Shown here in pieces: positions 54,056 through 64,000 of a stretch of DNA of 64,000 nucleotides. The notes under the pieces are model-generated. The model was not told the origin of the DNA. It was given only the letters and a program-made list of their open reading frames with translations, and ran no database searches. The stretch is taken from positions 41,230,001 to 41,294,000 of the forward strand of contig OX597821.1 in assembly GCA_951406725.2 (NCBI GenBank). The letters are read 5' to 3'. This DNA comes from Octopus vulgaris (lineage: Eukaryota). How positions within the stretch are numbered: position 1 is the stretch's first letter; every line of letters begins with the position of its first letter. The position numbers were made by a program, and so were the translations under genes.

Positions 54056-54741
54056 GGAATAAAAGTGATTTATTACATTAGCATATATTTGCAGGAGAAT
54101 GGTATAATTAAATGAATTAATTAAATAACTGGTACTTATTTTATTAACCCCAGCGGGATTTGATTTCACAATGTAAATAAACATCAATTACCACAAGACA
54201 TTAAGTTCGGCACTCTACCATTCTGGCCACTTGGAAATAATATTGATGATTATAATGACTAATTATCTGAAGAACCCCACCCCTTCACACACACACACAC
54301 ACACACACACAACTATTTACATTTACTGAAAATTTGTTGAAATTAAATAAACCAATCATGAAAGAAGAAAGAAGAAAGAACTGTAGAATTTATTCTGAAA
54401 TATATTCAATATTTTTCTTGTTTATTTCAATTGTTCCAGATTTTGCTCTCTTGTCTTCTTTATTTTTTAAAAATTTCTTTTGTTTTTCAGATAATTCCAT
54501 GTAAAAGTGTAATTTTATTTCCAAAATTAAATGCTAAATACATTGAGATTTTTAGATGTAATTAAATTCAATATTTTATTAATCAATTTTTTACTTAATG
54601 TAGTTAACTGAGAACAACTGCTTTAAGCTACATTTCTTCGGGGTGTTATTACTTGTTAAGTCATCTGTTGCTTTTTTTGTAAATGTTCAAAAGAACACAC
54701 ATACATGCACATAAAAGTTAATATGCATATTGAAGACTGAG

Positions 54742-54772
<31 letters not shown>

Positions 54773-55865
54773 CTACCAAAACATGTTATAGCAATTCTTT
54801 ATATCCATAACAAGTTCCCACATCTCTATTCAATATCTCCTAAAAACTGTTATATCTTCTTTGCCCACATCAGACTACTACATTCCTTCTCTGTCTAACC
54901 TTATTCAACTTCTAAATTTCCCTTTTTAATATCCAAATCAAATTTTTCTTTCATCAAATTAATTCACCATATTTTCTCTCAATTCACTCACATCTATCTG
55001 CTATACAGAAGCTCCTTATGTCTACTTATATCCCAGTATTTAACCTCCCTCCCAAATAACACCGCCCACTGTCAAATGCAGTGTTATAATTAATAATTAG
55101 GGCATGTTTTAAGGACAAGAACATTGTAATTTACTGCTCCAACTCATGTTGTAATTAATTGCTCTGCTCATATGATTATATATTGCAATAATTAATTATT
55201 CTATCAACTCATTAATCAATGTTTTAACCAAATATTCTAAAAGCAATAACAGTAGGATAATTAATTAACGAAGGGAGCATTTTTGGAATCTCCATAAAGC
55301 TCATCCAATCTCAGTGATAATTGATCCTAATAGTGCATGGAATTAAATCTCGTATATTATTATAATCTATCCTTTGAAGTTAGAATAAAGAAGTGACTCA
55401 TTAGATTTAATGGCATCGGCAGAAATCAGGAAAAGAAAAGAAAACAACTTTTAATCTATGATTAAGTTGCTTAAATTATCTCCGTTGTGCCTCAGTTTTT
55501 TATTGTGTTGCAGTTTGAGATCAAATATGCATCAGGGATGGACCCTTGGTACCTGGTGTGTTTCATTGCATCCAGAGAAACTTCCACCTTCAGATTTTGG
55601 TGAGAACTAGGGGATGGTATGGGTGATGGTGTCCTGGAGAACACTCAACGTATCGAGGAGAATGTGTGAAAGAGCATTTTGGTATAGACTGAGATTATGA
55701 TTCATATTCAGAAATCTTTTGTTTTACTTGTTCCTGGGGAAACATTGTTTGAAATAATCTTTTCATTCATGGAAGTAACGTCAGCCATACTTTGCCCCAA
55801 TTCATGATGAATGATGAAACATTCTTACATTTATTTAGTGTGCACAGATCTGGAAGTATCATCAA

Positions 55866-55920
<55 letters not shown>

Positions 55921-56539
55921 GTTGTCATTTAACGTCTGTTTTCCATGCTGGGCATGGGTTGGATGGTTTGACAGGAGCTGGCAAACCAGGGGGCTACATT
56001 AGTATCCAATTATCCGGGCATAGTTTCTTCTGGCTTAATGCCCTTCCTAATACCATAGGACTCTACTGCCTTCTTTGACAATAAAGAGGCAGTTAGTATT
56101 TTTTGTGACAAGTGACTTTGCCACAACAAGATAAACAGGGCAATATTAAAATGGTCAACAGCAGTCATTTTCTTCTATGGTCTTATCAAATTCTTCAACC
56201 ACCACAAGAAGCAAAAGCTTAGTTTTACCCTTGGAGAAATTTTTGACAAGTTGAATGAATGCTGAGAATAACACACTTTATTGTAGGCAGACAAAAGAAA
56301 AAATATTACTTTTCTTTTGCTTGCCTCCAATAAGGTGTTTTATTCTCGGAGATTTTAAGGTAGTAAAAAAGACTTTAGCATCTATTTCTTACAGTGTGTG
56401 GTGAGGCATAATGCTGACCCCTTGTTATAATTATGTATATAATTATAAAATATCATATATATATCGTGTTGGGGGTCATCTTTACTTTGTTATCTCCCCT
56501 ACTTCTTCGCTCTCTTGTGTGAGCCTTCTGTCTGAAGTC

Positions 56540-56844
<305 letters not shown>

Positions 56845-57177
56845 GTATGTATGTGTGTATGTAGGTATGTATGCATGCATGCATATATATGAGTTTGTAT
56901 TTCCCTTCATCTTTACATGAGTTTAGTGATTGTAAAAGCAATGGCCTCACTGTTAATGCAGACCATGCCATTTGTTTCTAGTCCCCCACGGAACCATGTC
57001 AAGACTATTTATTTTTCGATAGACTGGAAGAATATTACTTCAAATGAAAATAGATGAGGATTGCCATCAGGATTACCATTTGGCTGTGGAAAGTTACACC
57101 CTCATACTTTTGTTTGATCCATGCCAGAAAAATACATGTTAAATACATGGAAAATACATGTTAAATTCACCTTGGTA

Positions 57178-57389
57178 ACTCTTTTACTCTTTTACTTGTT
57201 TCAGTCATTTGACTGTGGCCAAGCTGGAGCACCGCCTTTAGTCGAGCAAATCGACCCCATGACTTATTCTTTGTAAGCCTAGTACTTATTCTATCGGTGT
57301 CTTTTGCCGAACCGCTAAGTTATGGGGGGACATAAACACACCACCATCAGTTGTCAAGCGATGTTGGGGGGACAGACAAAAACACATAA

Positions 57390-57439
<50 letters not shown>

Positions 57440-57603
57440 GACGGGCTTCTTTCTGTTTCCATTTACCAAATCCACTCACAAGGCTTTGGTCAGCTCGAGG
57501 CTATAGTAGAAGACACTTGCCCAAGGTGCTACGCAGTAGGAATGAAACCGAAACCATGTGGTTGGTAAGCAAGCTACTAACCACACAGCTACTCATGCGC
57601 CTA
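57178..57603 (-). mobile_element. CORE-type SINE, full length with internal (TA)n
   Basis: Family tail, core and tRNA-like head. Confidence 0.9.
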
Positions 57604-58544
57604 TAGATGGAAAATAGATGTTAATTTCAAACACATGTTTATATTCCTTTACATGCATATATATGAAGGAATCTCCTGCTGAAGACGACATATGACTTGT
57701 TCAATTTTTGCTGAACGATCTGCACAAATGATTTGTTTATAGTGATCAAATGTTTGTGTGATGTTACCTGTACAGGTGCGTAATGTACCACACATCACAT
57801 CTCAAAGTAATTGCAGAGCAGCGAAAAATGAAGCGTCTTGTTCAAGAACACAAGGCACTACCTGTTCCAGGAATTGAACTATGAACTATGACTGTGAGCA
57901 CAGCACCTAACCACTAGGCTGTGTGTGTATGTGTGTGTGTGTTTGTGCATGTGTGCTAACAAACACAGACTCAATCACACACACATAATCTGTAAGAAGT
58001 GAGGGTTTTACCTCACTGAGGGACCCCCGCCTCAGAAGGAAACAAAACTTAATATAAAACCCTTCTTGTATTTCTAACAAGACTTAGTCTTTGTTTACTT
58101 TATAAAAGAGTATTTTGATTCTTCTCTGTTATCAGTATAATATTTCTACTTTCTTCCAAATATTATTAAGGATTCCTTTATTTTCCCACAAGAGAAAGAC
58201 AAATATACATTTTAATTCCTCAGAGAATTGGATGTTTATGAACGTGTGATTATATCATCTTTGGGGAACTGAAATGCGCTTTCTCTTCTTGCAAATATAG
58301 AAATGAAGAAATTCTTATTAATATAATCTTGAAAAGACAAGGAACATTGGACCAGTGGAAGGGACAAATAAAGTACTCTCCACAAAATATAAGAAGTTAG
58401 GGTTTGGGTAAAATGTAAACGAAAATTATATAAGGCTTCTTTCCCTGGAAAATGTTCCTCAATGAGTTAGAATTCACAAATTTCCTAAAGATTAATTAAA
58501 GCTATACAGAAACGGAGCTGGACACCTGTTCAATAACGAATAAT

Positions 58545-58772
58545 TCTTTTACTTTTATTCTTTAACTTGTTTCAGTCATTTGACTGCGGCCATGTTAGAG
58601 CACCGCCATTAGTCGAGCAAATCGACCCCAGGACTTATTCTTTGTAAGCTTAGTACTTATTCTATCGGACCCTTTTGCCAAACTGCTAGGTTACGGGGAT
58701 GTAAACACACCAGCATCAGTTATCAAGCGATGTTGGGGGGGAGGGGACAAAGACAGACTCTTAAAAATATAC

Positions 58773-58823
<51 letters not shown>

Positions 58824-58965
58824 TACGATGGGATTTTTTCAGTTTCCGTCTACCAATTCCACTCACAAGCCTTTGGTCAGCCCGAGGCTATAGTAGAAGA
58901 CACTTGCCCAAGGTGCCATGCAGTGGGACTGAACCCAGAACCATGTGATTTGTAAGCAAGCTACT
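58545..58965 (-). mobile_element. CORE-type SINE
   Basis: Same tail, core and head segments as the 57178 copy. Confidence 0.9.
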
Positions 58966-59338
58966 TTATTTCATTACACTGACTCCAGTAAACATTCTAT
59001 CAAGTTTGACAGTGTGTACAGTGTATTTGTTGTTTGGCCCAAAGTTAATCCTAATCCAACAGACTTAGGATTAAGGACATTTTACCTTTGACAATCTTGT
59101 CCTTTTTTCTCATCAGGCATGGTTTATTCTTTTTATAAGATAGATGGGTTGGTTTTAGAGAAATTGCACTTGTTTCTTGACCAATTTCAGGTTTTGGTAA
59201 CATGCACAATAAACACAAAGGGGTTACAACTGACAGAAGTAAAACTGGAAGAATGCAAGTCTTTAATGGTCAACGAGTGATTGTGTGTGCAGATTTGTAC
59301 CCCAGGAGGACAGGATTTATGAAAATTTTAAATATCTA

Positions 59339-59735
59339 GGCACAGGCATGACTGTGTGACCAGAAGATTGCTTTCCAACAACATGGTCCTATGTTCAGTT
59401 CCACTACATGGTACTTTGGACAAGTATCTTCTACTATAGCCTCAGGCCAAGCAAAGCCTTATCAGTGTATTTGGTAAGTGGAAACTGAAAGAAGCCCATC
59501 ATATGTGTGCGTGGGGGGTGTTTTCCCCCCAACCACTTAACAACCGTTGCTGGAGTGTTTTGTGTTTAAGTCCCTGTAACTTAGCAATTTGACCAAAGAG
59601 ACCAATAGAATAAGTACCAGGTTTGAAATTAAGTAAAGGGATCCAATAATTTGACTAAAATTCTTCAAGGCGTTGCACCAGCATGGCTACAGTCTAATGA
59701 CTGAAACAAGTAAAAGAATAAAAAAAATAAAAGAA
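59339..59735 (+). mobile_element. CORE-type SINE, inverted relative to the 58545 copy
   Basis: ggcacaggcatgactgtgtg head and catggctacagtctaatgactgaaacaagtaaaag tail. Confidence 0.85.
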
Positions 59736-60650
59736 TCTAATCCTGGTTTGAAATATGAAGAAATGCTTATCCGCCTTGTAATAGCTGTGAAGGATCACAT
59801 GAAGTTAAATGCATCATTTTCACAATAAACATATGGTCGTTAATCCGCTAATATTTAATTATAAGTTATGAAAATATGTAAACTTCTACATTTTCTAGTT
59901 GGTCAAACTTTAAGTAGAACCATTCATCTAATTCTTGTTTCCCTTTGTCTTTAACAGCAATCAAGTATTCTGAAGTAATTAACTGTTTTATGAAAAAGAA
60001 CACGAAATTAAGAGAAACATCTTTAGAAATACACAAAAATTTAAATCTAAATTCTCGTCAAAAAAAAAAAGGGAAAAAATACTAATTTAATTAGGCACTT
60101 CATAGTTAAAAAGACTTCAAATATAAAATTTATTTTTCTGTGACATTTTTAATTCATGACAATAAAAAAAAACAATATTTTTTTTAAAGAAAAGGAAAAA
60201 CTAAAGAATTTAAGGAATAATGCAATGGTTGTATGAGTGAGAGGATTTGTTCAAACATCAGTTTAATGTTGACTGATTTATAAACTAGAAAGCAAACTTT
60301 TTCTCTGATCCATTGAAACATGTCAGATTTATTTTAATACGGGTCGAGAATTCGTTGGAACTAAGATAAATCCTGTTTTTCTCTCTAAGTTCCAAAGCTT
60401 GATTATTTTTAACGTTCAGTTTCTAATAGCAGCTAAAAGTTGTATTTTTAGATTAGATTTAGTTTTTACTTGAAAATTCAGTGAAATAAATTCTAGGAAA
60501 GTATTTTATTTAAAGAAAGAATTTAATCTAACCTTTGGTGAAGTAAATATATATCTAGCAACGAGATTTTGGTCATATAAATAAATGCATGCACACACAC
60601 ATGCTTTAATACATATGTATGTATATTCTTATATCTATCTGTCTGTCTGA

Positions 60651-60761
<111 letters not shown>

Positions 60762-60804
60762 ATTATAAATATATTATATTTATTATATTATAATATATAT
60801 ATAT

Positions 60805-60850
<46 letters not shown>

Positions 60851-60954
60851 TATATATATATATTATATTATATTTTGTGAAATTTGATTTAGTATTTCTA
60901 AATTTAATTTTTCTCTGTAAGTAAGGAATAATATTCCCTCAAATAATAATAATA

Positions 60955-60989
<35 letters not shown>

Positions 60990-61001
60990 GAGAGAGAGAG
61001 T

Positions 61002-61566
61002 AGTGGTGCAACAAGGCACCAATATTTACTGGAAATAGCAGTCAATACATTTATGATGCTACATTAATGCTTCACTGCCTATATACTGGCAAAGATGTGA
61101 GGGTGCAACAAACATGAAAAATTTTGTCTTACACCTAGAAAGAACATTAGATAAATGGATAACCTAGAATCAGATAATCCAGTACCTAGGTTTCGAACTC
61201 TTCAAATATGTATGTCAACGTAAAATTAATTAGTCTTCATCAGCTGGATTTACCTGGACAATATTTCAAATGTTGCTACATCAATGCCAGTATACTCACC
61301 TGAATGCTTAGCTGCTAACAGACCGAGAACAGTGAAAAAGTTTTCAATGAAAATTAAAATATTGCAATACAAATGTATTACTTTCCAGTAAAATAAAGCA
61401 CCGAAAAGGTAGAAGTATAAATATAGAAAAGTGGTACAACAAGGCACCAATATTTACTGGAAATAGCAGTCAATACATTTATGATGCTACAGTAAAGCTT
61501 CACTGTGTATATACTGGCAAAGATGTGTGAGTGCAACAGACATGAAAAATTTTGTCTTACCTCTAG
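61002..61566 (-). mobile_element. Hammerhead-containing element with 137-bp direct repeats at a 428-bp period (retrozyme or Penelope pLTR-like)
   Basis: 61002-61138 closely matches 61430-61566; a hammerhead motif lies between them. Confidence 0.7.
61170..61257 (-). ncRNA. Type I hammerhead ribozyme
   Basis: Helix I aatccag/ctggatt (7 bp, extendable). CTGATGA 61243-61237. Helix II gact/agtt with an A.C closing pair. GAAA 61194-61191. Helix III palindrome ACCTAGGT. GUA site 61185-61183. Confidence 0.78.
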
Positions 61567-61812
61567 GTGCTGGTGCCACAGGAAAGGCTCCCATGCCAAT
61601 GCTACATTGCAACATCGATGCCAGTGGCACATAAAAAGCATCCAGCACACTCTGTAAAGTAGTTGGCATTAGAAAGGGCATCCAACCATAGGAACCATGC
61701 CACAACAGGCAATTGGTGTCTGGATAGCTCCGTGCTAGTCAGTTCCATGTCAAACCATCCAACTCATGCCAGCATGGAAACCAGACGTTAAATGATGATG
61801 ATCATGATGATG
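61567..61812 (+). mobile_element. Meta-domain-like SINE
   Basis: gttggcattagaaagggcatcc...catgccagcatggaaaccagacgttaaa(tga)n. Confidence 0.8.
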
Positions 61813-61827
61813 ATATATATTATATAT

Positions 61828-61916
61828 ATAGGGGAATTTGTTTGGGGGTTTGCAAATGCACCTGAATTTAGTACAAATTCAGGTGCATTTTTAAACCCTT
61901 AAACAAATTCTCCTAT
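61828..61916. repeat. Hairpin with 42-bp arms and a 5-nt loop
   Basis: 61828-61869 versus 61875-61916, 5 mismatches. Confidence 0.9.
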
Positions 61917-62311
61917 ATTTTTTCCTGCATGGGAATACATCTCTTCTTTCTATATTATGCATATATATATATATATATATATATAGCTGTGTTTGAAAAG
62001 GTTAAACGAAAGCACTCACACATTAGAAAAAAAACTTCTTCCCCAAAAGGTTAGTAAGATCCTTAAAATAAATTTCATAACATTTCCTTTTTCGATGTAA
62101 TTTTTTTAAAAAGTCACCTGTACACTTCAAAAGCTGTATTAAGTAATTCTCATAGACTTTCAAATATATAAGTATATATATATATATATGTATGTATGTG
62201 TGTGTGTGTGTTAGTTAATATATATATATATATATACGAGACATGTACACACATATATATATATATAGAACAAACTTACTTAGAAATGGATACATGCGTT
62301 CTGTCGTGTAA

Positions 62312-62547
62312 TAACAAATTAATAAATAAAACATATGCATATATACATACATATATGTGCATATATACATGCATATATACATACGTATATGTCCAGTTCC
62401 TTGGTTTTGTGTTTATGCTTTCGTTTCTCATTGTGTTCGACGTTTTTTTGGTGTCCTGTACCCATATATGCATATATATATATACATGTAGATGTAGGTA
62501 CATACATATATGTATGTATATATGCATATGTTTTATTTATTAATTTG

Positions 62548-62550
<3 letters not shown>
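62312..62550. repeat. Perfect 47-bp inverted repeat with a 145-bp spacer
   Basis: taacaaattaataaataaaacatatgcatatatacatacatatatgt at 62312-62358 and its reverse complement at 62504-62550. Confidence 0.9.
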
Positions 62551-62582
<32 letters not shown>

Positions 62583-62584
<2 letters not shown>

Positions 62585-63010
62585 CATCGTTTAATATCTG
62601 CTTTCCATACTGGCATGGGTTGAATGGTTTGACTGAGGTCTGGCAACCAGGCTCCAATCTGATGTGGCAGAGTTTCTACAGCTGGATGCCCTTCCTAATG
62701 CCAACCACTCCGAGATTGTAGTGGGTGCTTTTTACATGCCACCAGTATGGGAGTCAGTCAGGCAGCACTGCCACCAATAGCTAGAATGGTGCTGTTTACA
62801 TACCACTAGCACAAGTGTCAGTCAGGCGGTACTGGCATCAACCATATGTACAGAAAACAAAAAACAAAGACAGGTGAGGTAACAACAGGCAGGTGTATTA
62901 GTTTGACACTTGGTAAAAGTAGAAAAGTCTTTGACATTTTGAGAATACTCTTTGATGGAAAGGGATTAGAGGCAAAAATGGAAAGAGAAAAAATATGCAT
63001 TGGGATTGAT
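62583..63010 (-). mobile_element. Meta-like SINE (62583-62845) followed by a decayed copy of the (TA)n-associated family (62846-63010)
   Basis: ctacagctggatgcccttcctaatgccaaccactc, and aagacaggtgagg...gtgtattagtttgac...gtctttgacattttgag. Confidence 0.7.
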
Positions 63011-63149
63011 CTATATATATATATATTTGTGTGTATTTGTCTATGTGAATATATATGTGTGTATGGTTGTATGATGACTCATGAAAATCATGGCAAAATA
63101 GTCATTTTTTTCTATGCTGACACAGTTCAGTTGGCCATGGAGGAATAAA

Positions 63150-64000
63150 TCACTCTTTACTTGTCCCATTCATGAGTCATGCTGGTTATAAGTTTCAACA
63201 TCTTGATGTCTGACCTTTCCACCTCTTTTTGTAAGTTGGCCAGTCTTCTTTTCAAGTACCAACCATTGGTTTTGGCTACACGATATTGAGTCCCTAGTTA
63301 TTCCCTTCGCACTTTAATTACATTTCCACCAGATATCTGATGTTCAAAACATTTTCAGATGTTTCCCATTTTCTTAAACATTTTTTTTTTTCAGTTGGAT
63401 AAGGAGTTTTTTCCTTTTAATCTTTCTTCCTCAGTTGAATGAAAATTTTTCTTTTGTTTTACATAATAATTAATCAAGATAATTATTCATAATTTTAAAA
63501 GTCTCTTCTGCTGAGTTCTTTAGAAGTGGTGCTGCTAAATTTGGATGGACTCCTTTTCAAGAAAATTATTTTGGTAACAGCTAAAATGCATTGAGCTTCA
63601 AATATTTCCAAAACTCTAACTTTATTAGCATTCTTGATGATTTTTTCTCCCAATGCTCTTACAGCTTCTTCCTTGAGCTATTTATGCCATTAGAATGTCT
63701 GTTATCTTTATAATCTTGTCCAATTAGAAGGTTTCTGAAACTAAACTTGTAATTATAGAGCTCCTACAATCTCTTAATGAACCTTTTCATAAAGAATGTT
63801 CTATTGTTTCCTTGAAGAGTTGCAGCTATCAATTTTTACACCTCTATCAACATTTTGGGGGGAAAACTTAGTCTTGTTAGGCATGCAGTTCAGTTTCTAA
63901 TAAAAATGCTTCACTTGTCTTACATTTTTGTATCTGTTATTTCCACTCAAGATCAGAATCCTGGAAAGGTCTTGATGTCTGTTGGATTGATTTATTCCTA
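63150..64000 (-). mobile_element. Probable decayed R4/Dong-like RT fragment
   Basis: Remnants such as KW.T.L...IKVRR and GI..DSIS across frameshifts; coding-like composition. Confidence 0.4.

Overview
AT-rich eukaryotic, non-genic DNA saturated with microsatellites. Its SINE, LINE and microsatellite repertoire matches what I know of Octopus genomes; that assignment is an inference. I recognise no host protein-coding exon, and most listed ORFs are microsatellite artefacts. The window holds decayed Helitron RepHel pieces, Tc1/mariner relics (D34D and D37D), R4/Dong-like, RTE, CR1 and Gypsy fragments, several tRNA-derived SINE families and many fold-back hairpins. The most notable signal is a dense set of type I hammerhead ribozyme motifs (CUGANGA...GAAA, mostly palindromic helix III, NUH site) in several unrelated short elements beside (TA)n tracts. 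These include an apparently intact motif at 8780-8850, one inside a 428-bp-period direct repeat at 61002-61566, and a dispersed family with a variant CUGUWGA core. Together they suggest retrozyme/Penelope-like elements. All calls were made by eye; boundaries are approximate and no search or folding program was run.
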